Below the pieces are notes generated by a model. It saw only the letters and a list, made by a program, of their open reading frames with translations, was not told where the DNA came from and ran no database searches. Positions 27,336 through 35,786 of a stretch of 64,000 nucleotides of DNA are shown in pieces (within the stretch, counting starts at the first letter, position 1; every line of letters begins with the position of its first letter). Position numbers and translations under genes: made by a program. Origin of the DNA: Thermoplasmata archaeon UBA184 (GTDB taxonomy: Archaea > Thermoplasmatota > Thermoplasmata > Lutacidiplasmatales > UBA184); NCBI GenBank assembly GCA_002495185.1, contig DAEB01000040.1, positions 29,184-93,183 of the forward strand, given 5' to 3'.

Positions 27336-28310
27336 GTGAAGGTAGTCCTCACGGGAGGCGCCGGCTTCATCGGCTCGAACTTGGCCCATCACTGGGCCGC
27401 CCGGCACCCCGAAGACACCGTGCTCGTGGTGGACGCCCTCACGTACGCCGGTCGCCGGGAGTCCCTCGCGGACCTGAACCATCGGCCCGGCTTCTCGTTC
27501 TTGAAGGGGGACATCACGGACCCCCACGTCTGGGACGAGGCCCTTCCGGGCACCGACCTCGTGCTGCACCTGGCGGCGGAGACGCACAACGACCGGGCGA
27601 TCGCGGACCCGCTCGTCTTCGTCCGAACCAACGTCCTCGGGACCGCCCAGCTTCTCGAGGGATGCCGCCGGCACGACGTGCCGAGGTTGCACCACGTCTC
27701 CACGGACGAGGTGTTTGGCTCCCTCGCCCTCGACTCTCCCGACCGATTCGACGAGAACTCCCCCTACCGGCCCCGCGGGCCTTACTCCGCATCGAAGGCG
27801 TCCGCCGACCACCTCGTCCGCGCCTGGTCCGAGACGTACGGGCTCGCGTACACCCTTTCGAACTGCGGCAACAACTTCGGTCCCTTTCAGCATCCCGAGA
27901 AGTTCATTCCCCTCGCGATCACGAGAGCCCTCCGGGGAGGCCGCATCCCGTTGTACGGGGACGGGAAGAACGTACGAGACTGGATCTACGTCATCGATCA
28001 CTGCGAGGCGGTCGACCTCATTGCCCACCGCGGCCAGGTCGGTTCCACCTACCTGGTTTCGGCCGAAAACGAGCTCTCGAACCTCGAGGTCCTGAGACGC
28101 CTACTCGCTCTTCTCGGAACGGACTGGAAGATCGTCGAGCACGTCACCGACCGGCCCGGCCACGACCGAAGGTACGCTCTCGACCCCGGCCGTTTGAAGG
28201 CGGAGCTAGGATGGCAGCCTCGATTCACGTTCGACGAGGGGCTCGAGGCCACGGTCGAATGGTACCGTGCCCACGAGACGTGGTGGTCTCCCCTCCTCGC
28301 TCCGTCGTAA
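27336..28310 (+). CDS. rmlB: dTDP-glucose 4,6-dehydratase
   Basis: MKVVLTGGAGFIGSNLAHH (GxxGxxG Rossmann motif), YSASKASADHLVRAW (YxxxK) and DGKNVRDWIYVIDHCEAV are diagnostic of RmlB. Confidence 0.9.
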   Translation: MKVVLTGGAGFIGSNLAHHWAARHPEDTVLVVDALTYAGRRESLADLNHRPGFSFLKGDITDPHVWDEALPGTDLVLHLAAETHNDRAIADPLVFVRTNVLGTAQLLEGCRRHDVPRLHHVSTDEVFGSLALDSPDRFDENSPYRPRGPYSASKASADHLVRAWSETYGLAYTLSNCGNNFGPFQHPEKFIPLAITRALRGGRIPLYGDGKNVRDWIYVIDHCEAVDLIAHRGQVGSTYLVSAENELSNLEVLRRLLALLGTDWKIVEHVTDRPGHDRRYALDPGRLKAELGWQPRFTFDEGLEATVEWYRAHETWWSPLLAPS

Positions 28311-28398
28311 GTTCGTTGACCCCCGCGACGCCGAGCCCCCGAGTGCCGCGCGGGCTCGGATTGTGGCACGCTTAAGTCCTGCCTGACCGACGGGTATA

Positions 28399-29934
28399 TT
28401 GGTTCGACCTCCGATCCAGGAAGGTCGCCGGGTACCAGTTACGCGGAGCTCACGGGAGGTGCCGTTCCGGCCCGACGTCGTGGTCGTCGTGCTCGATTGC
28501 GTACGCGCCCAAGACTGCCCGGGCGGAGCCGATCCCGCCCCGAACTTGCCCGTGATGCAAGGACTTCGCCACGACTCCGTCGTCTTCCCGAAAGCCGTGG
28601 CTCCGGCGCCCTGGACCATTCCCTCGCACTTTTCGATCACATCCGGGCTCTATCCCTGGCAGCACGGGGTCCACGCCCAGAATCGGCTCGTGCCTCGGGC
28701 GGGGCTCCCCTCGACGGTTCGCGACCTTCGGTGCTCGGGCTACAGTACCGCGTTGTTCTCGGCCAATGCGTTCTTGGGATCCGATTCCGCCTTCGACCGC
28801 GACTTTGAGCTCTCGACGGTCGCGACGCCGAGGGAGCTCCTGGTCCGGCGAGCCCCCCACTCCCGTTCCAAGCCCAAGAGGAGAGGCTCCCAAGGTGGCA
28901 GGCTTCTCGGGTCCGAGATCATCGGGAATCCGGTAGGTAGGATCCTTCGACGGTACCCGTTCCTGTTCGACGTGGTGAATCGGACCTACCGCCAGGTCCG
29001 GCAGCTGAGCGGACCGCCGGTGGTGGCGCCCTGGATCGAGCCCGCCTTCCGAGAATGGCTGCGAACGGTGCCCCGGAGCCAACCGCTCTTCGGAATGGTC
29101 AACTTCCTCGATGCCCACGAACCGTACATGACGGACCCCGAGTCCACCCGGAAGCTCACCGATTGGTTCCGGGAGGCCCGGATCTCCCAACGGGCGTGGA
29201 GGTATCTGGGAGATTCGAGGGCGGAGAGTCGTTCGCTCAGCCAGCTCTTCCGGAGGTTGTACCAACGGACCCTGAGCACGCTCGACCACCGGGTCGGGAA
29301 CCTGATTCGAGCGCTCAAGGAGGCGGGTCGGTGGGATTCGACCCTGTTCGTACTCACCAGTGACCACGGTCAGGCACTGTTGGAGAAGGGATTCTTGTTT
29401 CATGGAACCCGCCTCGACGAGGAGATCGCTCGGGTTCCCCTGACCGTACGGTTCCCCTCGGGGTCCCACGGTGGGTCCACGGCGAAGGGGTGGGCGAGCC
29501 TGGTGGACATCCTTCCTACGATTCATCACGCCGCTGGTTTGGCGGTGCCGAGTTCGTGCGAGGGACGCGACCTGGTCGACATGCTCGACCGCGAGCGGGA
29601 GGATGCGGTCTACTCCGTCGGAGACGGGGTGTTCGACCTGCAATCGGCCACGCGGTTTCTGCCCCGAACCACGCTCGATACTCTGAACACCTTGAGCGCG
29701 GCCGTCTATCGGAACGAGTTCAAGGTGCGGTTCCATCGACACCCTGACACGTTCGAGGTCTACAATCTTGAAAACGACCCGGGCGAAACGAACAACCTCT
29801 GGCCCCTAGAGGAACCGCTCGTCCGAGCGGCCGGCCAAGAGGCGCAACGGGTCGTCGAGATCATGTCCCACACGGATGCGGGCCGGCGGGACCGGAGCGT
29901 CGCCGCGCGACTCGCATCCTGGGGCTACCACTGA
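28399..29934 (+). CDS. sulfatase-like alkaline-phosphatase-superfamily protein with non-canonical T-x-P-x-H active-site motif
   Basis: PWTIPSHFSITSGLYPW aligns to the sulfatase C-T-P-S-R-AALLTGR region with Cys replaced by Thr and Arg by His. The C-terminal metal-binding SDHGQ is conserved. The start is uncertain (TTG at 28399 or GTG near 28459, which follows GGGAGG). Paralog of 46562..48085. Confidence 0.75.
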   Translation: MVRPPIQEGRRVPVTRSSREVPFRPDVVVVVLDCVRAQDCPGGADPAPNLPVMQGLRHDSVVFPKAVAPAPWTIPSHFSITSGLYPWQHGVHAQNRLVPRAGLPSTVRDLRCSGYSTALFSANAFLGSDSAFDRDFELSTVATPRELLVRRAPHSRSKPKRRGSQGGRLLGSEIIGNPVGRILRRYPFLFDVVNRTYRQVRQLSGPPVVAPWIEPAFREWLRTVPRSQPLFGMVNFLDAHEPYMTDPESTRKLTDWFREARISQRAWRYLGDSRAESRSLSQLFRRLYQRTLSTLDHRVGNLIRALKEAGRWDSTLFVLTSDHGQALLEKGFLFHGTRLDEEIARVPLTVRFPSGSHGGSTAKGWASLVDILPTIHHAAGLAVPSSCEGRDLVDMLDREREDAVYSVGDGVFDLQSATRFLPRTTLDTLNTLSAAVYRNEFKVRFHRHPDTFEVYNLENDPGETNNLWPLEEPLVRAAGQEAQRVVEIMSHTDAGRRDRSVAARLASWGYH

Positions 29935-30125
29935 CCGACGCCCCTCCCTCGTGACGGACACGACTTGTCGGCCGAGTCGCCCATCAATCCGGGAGCACGG
30001 CAGAAGGTGAGCCGACCGGCTGGCAATCCCCTCGCGAACTGCCGCCGGAGCTGCGCAGAGGGCTCCTCGAGAGGACTTTCCGGGTTCCAGACCTTTAAGC
30101 CCGCCGGGCTTCCTTTGTCTCCAGG

Positions 30126-30659
30126 ATGGCGGCCGCTGGCGGGACCCGAGCGAGCATCCGCGCGCCTCCGGCACGCACCATCTACGTTCTCCGAGAGCCG
30201 AGCGTGGGAACGAGGGTTCTGCGGGTCAGCCTCATCTGGGTGGTCATCGGCATCGTCATGGCGACGGCGGACGCGCTGTCGCCCCAGACGTTCGTCCAGG
30301 TCTCCGCGTGGTTGGCGCTCTTCTTCCTGGGAGTCCTGCTTTCGTTCTGGGCGGTCTTCAACCTCTCCCGAGCCGCCGCCGCCACGGGGGCCCTGGTCGG
30401 CACGTTTCTCGGTCCGTACAGCCTGACCTGGCAGCTCTGGGTCACGTACGTCAAGCACTGGAGCTCGTTCTTCCCGGTCCGGCTCTATCCCTTCACGATC
30501 GTCCTCGACGAGGGCGCCTGGTATCTCATGATGGCGCTCGGCTTCGTTCTCTTCGGCGTGTCGATCGCGGCCCTCGTCCGTCTGTCCCGGCCCCGGCCTT
30601 CGTACGTTCGAGTCCACCATGATACGGGGGAAGCCTATCGGCTGGGCGACCCCCCGTGA
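30126..30659 (+). CDS. hypothetical membrane protein (4 predicted TM helices)
   Basis: Hydrophobic segments VSLIWVVIGIVMATA, VSAWLALFFLGVLLSFWAVF, WYLMMALGFVLFGVSIAALV. The overlapping antisense ORF 29925..30926 is charge-rich/low complexity and was rejected. Confidence 0.35.
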   Translation: MAAAGGTRASIRAPPARTIYVLREPSVGTRVLRVSLIWVVIGIVMATADALSPQTFVQVSAWLALFFLGVLLSFWAVFNLSRAAAATGALVGTFLGPYSLTWQLWVTYVKHWSSFFPVRLYPFTIVLDEGAWYLMMALGFVLFGVSIAALVRLSRPRPSYVRVHHDTGEAYRLGDPP

Positions 30660-30800
30660 GAGGGGACTGTCTCCGGTGAGAACGTGGGCTGGGGGCGCGG
30701 CCATCCCCGTACGACTGACGGAGGGCCGGCCGCCCGCTCCTCTGTTGTCGATCGTCTCTCGGCGGGTTCCTCCCCCAAAGGGTTCTAAGTCGCCCGCGCA

Positions 30801-31028
30801 GTGAGCCGGCCGATGCCTTCCCTGCTCCATCCCTGTGCCGGTTGCGGCCACGGAACGATGGACGAGTGCTGGGCAGTCGGCCAACGGATCCCGTCGAACG
30901 ACAAGCGGCTTTGCCTCGAATGCCACGACGAGTGTGTTCGGAGGTCCGATGGACGGTCAGCCACACCCGCGGGAAGGAGCGCTGGTCCTCCCGAGCGCCG
31001 CGACGTTCGGCTCCTCCTGTTCGGTTAG
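30801..31028 (+). CDS. hypothetical small Cys-rich protein (possible zinc ribbon)
   Basis: PCAGCGH...CLECHDEC: two CxxC pairs in 75 aa. Confidence 0.2.
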   Translation: MSRPMPSLLHPCAGCGHGTMDECWAVGQRIPSNDKRLCLECHDECVRRSDGRSATPAGRSAGPPERRDVRLLLFG

Positions 31029-31110
31029 GTGGGGTACTCGAATCCGGCCGATCGGGTCCTTCCGGCCCCCGAGAGGAAGACGGATTATCCTCACGACCCT
31101 AGCCCATGCG

Positions 31111-31428
31111 ATGCCGATTCCGAGGGGGGACTTCGATACTGGACGCACGGAGGACTCGGACGAGAGCCGGGTGATCGGCTACCTGGACGCCCATCCGAAC
31201 GAGGCGTTCAGCTCGTTGGAGATCGCGACGGCGATCGGCCATGAACTCGCCAAACCCCCCGCCCCGGGCGCCTCCAAGGCGGGGACCGAGTTTCGGGAGC
31301 TTCAACAGAGCGTTCACCTGGCGATTTTCGAGACCTTCCTCGTGCGGCTCGCGAGCGAAGGGAAGATCGAGAGGAAGGTCATCGAGCGCAAGAGCGGAAG
31401 GGGCTGGTACTTCGCGTCCAAGATCTAG
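31111..31428 (+). CDS. hypothetical small protein (~105 aa), possible winged-helix DNA-binding protein
   Basis: From the internal Met (MPIPRGDF...) to stop. C-terminal part (ELQQSVHLAIFETFLVRLASEGKIERKVIERKSGRGWYFASKI) is helix/wing-like. The longer ORF 30835..31428 has a low-complexity N-terminus. Confidence 0.35.
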   Translation: MPIPRGDFDTGRTEDSDESRVIGYLDAHPNEAFSSLEIATAIGHELAKPPAPGASKAGTEFRELQQSVHLAIFETFLVRLASEGKIERKVIERKSGRGWYFASKI

Positions 31429-31527
31429 CGACCCCGAACTCCTCGCTCCCGCGGGCTCCGGCGATTTCCGGCTCCTCCGGCCGTCTCGGCCACTGACATT
31501 ATTACAGGGGAGACGCGTCCGCCGGCG

Positions 31528-32463
31528 ATGCGGGTCCTGATTACCGGCGCGTCCGGCTTCATCGGCCGCTACCTGTCGGCCTACGCCGTCTCCCAGGGCC
31601 ACGAGGTCGTCGGGACCTATCTCTCGAAGGAGGAGCTCTCGGCGCGAGACCTCCCGAAGGACGGGGTCGAGTGGGTCCATCTGAGCATGCAGGACTTCTC
31701 GGAGATCCGGTCGGTGGTGGAAGCGAGCCGGGGAGACGCGGTGTTCCACCTGGCCGCCCAGGCGTACGCGAAGAAGGCGTGGAGCGACCCCCTCGACACG
31801 TTCCGGACGAACGTGCTCGGGACGATCGCGCTCTACGAGGAACTCCGCAAGCATCCCCCCAAGAACGGCGTCCTTCTCGCGGCGTCCGCGTCCGCCTACG
31901 GGGTCGCGAAGGAGCTGCCGATCCGGGAGGACACCCCGTTGAACCCGACCAACCCGTACGGCGTCTCGAAAGCCTGCCAGGACATGCTGTCGCTCCAATA
32001 TTCCCTGAACTTCGACCTCCGCATCCTCCGGGCCCGCCTGTTCGGGACGACCGGGCCGGGAAAGACGGGCGACGCGCTGAACGACTTCGCACGACAGGTG
32101 GCGTCCCTCGAGCTGGACCGAAAACCCGGGGTCCTGAGAGTGGGGAACCTCTCGACTCGTCGCGACGTGGTCGACATCCGGGATTCGGTGCGCGCCCTTT
32201 GGTTGATCTTCGAGAAAGGGAATCCGACGGAGCCCGTGAACGTCGGGGCCGGCCAGAGCTACTCGGTCGCCTGGATCGCGGAGACCCTCGTGCGCCTCGC
32301 CCGCGTGCCCATCGAGATCCGCCCGGATCCCGCTCTCATGCGTCCGACCGACGAGCCGGAGAATCGGTCGGACATCTCCCGCCTGCGTGCTCTCGGGTTC
32401 GAGCCGAGATTCCCGATCGAGAGGACGATCGCGGACTCGTTGGAGTTTTGGCGGAATTCCTGA
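31528..32463 (+). CDS. NAD-dependent epimerase/dehydratase, extended SDR (GDP-4-keto-6-deoxyhexose reductase-like)
   Basis: MRVLITGASGFIGRYL Rossmann motif and YGVSKACQD (YxxxK). The antisense ORF 31099..31998 was rejected. Confidence 0.8.
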   Translation: MRVLITGASGFIGRYLSAYAVSQGHEVVGTYLSKEELSARDLPKDGVEWVHLSMQDFSEIRSVVEASRGDAVFHLAAQAYAKKAWSDPLDTFRTNVLGTIALYEELRKHPPKNGVLLAASASAYGVAKELPIREDTPLNPTNPYGVSKACQDMLSLQYSLNFDLRILRARLFGTTGPGKTGDALNDFARQVASLELDRKPGVLRVGNLSTRRDVVDIRDSVRALWLIFEKGNPTEPVNVGAGQSYSVAWIAETLVRLARVPIEIRPDPALMRPTDEPENRSDISRLRALGFEPRFPIERTIADSLEFWRNS

Positions 32464-32774
32464 GACGCGGAACCGATACGCGGGGCACCGCGGCGCCTCG
32501 GCTTCTCACGTTGCCAAGGACCCTCAAACACCGAAGGGGCGGAAGACCGAATCTAAAGCCCGCTCGCGACCTTGGCTGCGATCAAGGTTGCACTCCGTCG
32601 GGCGGAACCCCCAGCCGACGCGCGTGACCCTCGCCCGGGTCCCGCTTCGTGCTGAACGACCGAGGTCGGCTCGATCTCGGATCGGGTCGGACCGTTCCGT
32701 TGGACCGGGTGCCGCCTCAGCGACGACAGGCGTTCTTGCCCCTCGGCGGAACGACGTGCATGGCCGAGGTCCGA

Positions 32775-33389
32775 TCAACGGGGTTCCGCCTTGGACCGGC
32801 GCCTCAGACGGTTGACCTCCCGCTCGATCGCGTCCAACTCGACGAGGACCTCGTCGAAGGTCGCGGGGTCGTACGCGGGCTCCGGCTCGATGGGAGCGAC
32901 CGGCGCGGGGACGGGCTCGGCCGAACCGGCGGGCTCCTCGGGCCAGGTTTCGCGCCATGGTTCGGCAGGAGATTGGGAAACCACCACATTGGGCCGGGGC
33001 CGGCCGAACTCCTTCTTCGCCTCCTCGACAGCGGACACCTGCCTCTGGGGAGACGCGGCCTGGACCGGTCCCGTCTTGGGCTGGTCTTCCTCCGCGAAGA
33101 AGAAGGCAACCATCCCGCCCGCGGCTGCAACGAACCCTGTAGCGAACAGGAGGATCCATAGGGGAATCCGGCCGGGGAGCAGGACCAGGGTCCCCCTCGA
33201 AGTGAGGAAGGCCCCGACGAATAACACCAGAGCCAGAAGGAAGAGCGGAGCCCCGCTTGGGAGAGCAGCCCACCCGCTAGGGATTCGCTTCGCCGAGGAC
33301 TGTCGCGCGTCGGTCACCCTTCGCCCCACCGTGTTCGAACGCACTGGAGAGATGGCCTTCGAATCAGATAGTCGTTTTCGGTCCACCAA
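32775..33389 (-). CDS. hypothetical membrane protein (2 TM) with acidic Pro/Glu-rich C-terminal tail
   Basis: TM segments APLFLLALVLFVGAFL and IPLWILLFATGFVAAAGGMVAFFFA. Preferred over the overlapping + strand ORF 32791..33462, which is Arg/Ser low-complexity. Confidence 0.35.
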   Translation of the reverse strand: MVDRKRLSDSKAISPVRSNTVGRRVTDARQSSAKRIPSGWAALPSGAPLFLLALVLFVGAFLTSRGTLVLLPGRIPLWILLFATGFVAAAGGMVAFFFAEEDQPKTGPVQAASPQRQVSAVEEAKKEFGRPRPNVVVSQSPAEPWRETWPEEPAGSAEPVPAPVAPIEPEPAYDPATFDEVLVELDAIEREVNRLRRRSKAEPR

Positions 33390-33502
33390 GCCGTACTACG
33401 GCAACTGCGAAATGGATACGCATAAATACGCAATCACCGCCTGTTTAATCCTGCTCGCTTGAGGCGCGAGAGAACCAGCGCGGAAAGGAAGGGACGGGAA
33501 GT

Positions 33503-34033
33503 ATGAGGAAGTCGATTCCACGAAAGACAATCTATGCCGCGACGATCGTCGCGATTTTCGCGATGGTGGGCGGGTTCGCGGTGGCGAGTTTCGTGAACTC
33601 AATCACCGTTACGTCGACCGGCCAGAACCTCGGTACCGTCGTAGGAGGCAACACCGTGTGGGGCGGAGGATCGGTATCCGTGAGCCTTCAGCAGGCCACT
33701 TCTACGGCTGCCTGTGACCTATCGCCAGTGGCTGTTGCCGCCACTTCGGTCTACTTGATCGGAGGGGCTGCGTGTGCAGCTTCGGGCAGCACTGAATGGT
33801 ACGAGGTGTTTACCTTCCCCACCGTGGCGAGCTATCCGGCCACCGGCTCGGACACGTTCTACTTCTACGTGGTGGGCGGCGCCGCGGGCTCGGCCCAACA
33901 GAGCTTCACCATCTCGGGAGGGGGAACCGCCGTCACCAACATGGTGCTCACCGTCTACCTCGACATGGGACCGTCGACGGCCAACCCGACCCCCATCACG
34001 GGTGGAATCTCGTTCACGGTGAACGGGAGCTGA
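33503..34033 (+). CDS. small secreted/anchored protein, paralog C of the CATG..NGC..LDMG family
   Basis: N-terminal MRKSIPRKTIYAATIVAIFAMVGGFAVASFV (signal or pilin-like anchor). C-terminus MVLTVYLDMGPSTANPTPITGGISFTVNGS matches the motif in 6783..8096 and 12406..13230. AGGAAGG precedes the ATG. Confidence 0.55.
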   Translation: MRKSIPRKTIYAATIVAIFAMVGGFAVASFVNSITVTSTGQNLGTVVGGNTVWGGGSVSVSLQQATSTAACDLSPVAVAATSVYLIGGAACAASGSTEWYEVFTFPTVASYPATGSDTFYFYVVGGAAGSAQQSFTISGGGTAVTNMVLTVYLDMGPSTANPTPITGGISFTVNGS

Positions 34034-34495
34034 GACAGGGTGCGAGGGGCCGAAACCACCCCGCTACCCACGCCCAACCCTTTCCTTGTCGATCCCGCCA
34101 TCAGAATCCCTGGCGCGTGACCGGTCCGAAGCTGTCTCAATGAGCCGAATCCTTGAGAGCAGGTTGCCTTCGTCACTCCACCCTTGTTCCAAGTGCGGGC
34201 ACATCACCATGTACGGATGATCGGCAACCAGCCAGCGACTTCAATCGAGCGGCAAGCGGCCGTACCTCGAGCGCCTTAACAATCCTCTTTCGAAGACCGA
34301 CACTCAACGGTTCGCTCGGCCCGCTGTGGCCCCGGGGCCCGTCTGGTCTCGGGACGTCAAGATGCTTCCCCTCGAATAGTCAGTCCGCGGCACACGGGGT
34401 GGATTCCCCCATTCGATACTCGCACCGTTCCGAGGGTGTGCAATCCCCATTGCACTTACCTTCCGTCTCGAACCGGGCCTCGTTACTCCTTTCGG

Positions 34496-34978
34496 TCAAA
34501 TCCGACGGAAGCGCGCCCACAACGCTCCCAACATTGCACCGATTCCCACGAGGTACCAGAACAGGTCCATCGCGCCGGCCCACAGGAAGGGTTGATTCGC
34601 CTCATTGGCGGGGTCCCAGAACAGCTCCTTGACCAGTACGATGGCCACGAATCCCGCGACCGCGAACCTGGACACATTCGGATGTTCTCGGCTCGGGTCC
34701 CCCAGTCTCCCCGGGGCCAGTACGTACGCAACTGCGACGGCCAGCGCTCCGATTGCCGCATGGTCCTCGGGGAGGATGATAGCCGGACTGAGCCAATCAA
34801 CCATGCCAAGCCCTACGGCAACCTTCGGTAAAGCTATCGACTCACGGGAAGAACGAGGGAAGTGGCCATCGCTGCGAGTGGGTGCGTGTAAGCCCAATTG
34901 CACACGCTTCCTACCCCCGGCTGTTCCGCGAACCAATATCCGTTCGATTCCGGGCCGATTCACTTCTGCGCGGTCCAC
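34496..34978 (-). CDS. hypothetical membrane protein
   Basis: C-terminal half is hydrophobic (FAVAGFVAIVLVKELFW, LFWYLVGIGAMLGALWARF). The start is unclear and it overlaps the VapC-like gene by 19 nt. Confidence 0.3.
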   Translation of the reverse strand: MDRAEVNRPGIERILVRGTAGGRKRVQLGLHAPTRSDGHFPRSSRESIALPKVAVGLGMVDWLSPAIILPEDHAAIGALAVAVAYVLAPGRLGDPSREHPNVSRFAVAGFVAIVLVKELFWDPANEANQPFLWAGAMDLFWYLVGIGAMLGALWARFRRI

Positions 34979-35388
34979 TCAGAGGGCCGAATCGCCCGCT
35001 TCACCGTCTTCAGAAGCAAGGAATCATCCGTGACGAGCGGGCAAGAGCGACCCTCGGCGAGTGTGGCATAGCATGCATCGTAGACAGTGACCATTCGGCG
35101 GCGTGCGAAATCCGCCGCAGCGCTGAGGTCGTTGGACGTGGGACGAACAAGGGAGATCTGGAGGTCGTAGAGGTAACGAATGGATTCCTCGAGGCGATCA
35201 CTGCCAATCGCGGGGTGGTATCGCAGGGCGTTGGCTACCTCGTAACAGATCAAATCGGGGGCCAGAATCCTGACCCGACCCTCGATGTGTTCATCTCGAA
35301 GAGCTCTCGCGTCGTCAGCGCCCTTTTCCGGGAGGAACCACTTGACCGCCACCGAGGCGTCGGCGACTATTTCCGGGATTCGCGCCAC
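34960..35388 (-). CDS. vapC: PIN-domain ribonuclease toxin (VapC-like)
   Basis: N-terminal IVADASVAVKWFLPE with the conserved Asp, plus downstream acidic residues in PIN spacing (ILAPDL, VTVYDACYATLAEG, LVTDDSLL). Confidence 0.7.
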   Translation of the reverse strand: MARIPEIVADASVAVKWFLPEKGADDARALRDEHIEGRVRILAPDLICYEVANALRYHPAIGSDRLEESIRYLYDLQISLVRPTSNDLSAAADFARRRMVTVYDACYATLAEGRSCPLVTDDSLLLKTVKRAIRPSEWTAQK

Positions 35389-35621
35389 TTGCGGATTTCC
35401 CGGGTGGAGGCGTAAGGAAGTACCGGGAGGCTCTTTCGCATCGCATCCATTCTGCGCGCGGCACGCCGAGCGCGAGCTCGGTCAATGGGCTGCCGCAGGT
35501 CCTCCTCGATGTCGAGGCGCTCCCGGAGTGCCGATCGTACAACCTCCGCCCAATTCACGTCCTTCATACTGGCCATTCTGCCTCGTGTCGCGGAGTCTAC
35601 CCGGACGCTGATGACATCCAT
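35367..35621 (-). CDS. vapB: ribbon-helix-helix-type antitoxin (VapB-like)
   Basis: MDVISVRVDSATRGRM (beta-strand) followed by helical segments (VNWAEVVRSALRERLDIEED). Overlaps the VapC start by 22 nt. Confidence 0.55.
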   Translation of the reverse strand: MDVISVRVDSATRGRMASMKDVNWAEVVRSALRERLDIEEDLRQPIDRARARRAARRMDAMRKSLPVLPYASTREIRKWRESRK

Positions 35622-35786
35622 CGTCGTGTTCTGTAGTACTTGTACTACGTACCCTATAACCCTTCTCGCCCCCCTGAACTGTGGTCACGATGGGAGGTCT
35701 CCTCGACGCGGGGAGTCCGAGTGGTTGCGATCCCAATTACAACCACACGACCGGCCGCGAAGGAGCCGCTATCGGGGCTCCCCCGT

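Noticed and set aside
28450-29742. 430-aa minus-strand ORF antisense to the sulfatase-like gene
   Set aside because: The + strand has the superfamily motifs (PSH..TG, DHGQ) and a paralog. The antisense product is Arg/Pro/Gly rich.
29925-30926. 333-aa minus-strand ORF overlapping the 30126..30659 membrane ORF
   Set aside because: Low-complexity R/D/E/G-rich. Preferred the + strand TM protein, though neither call is strong.
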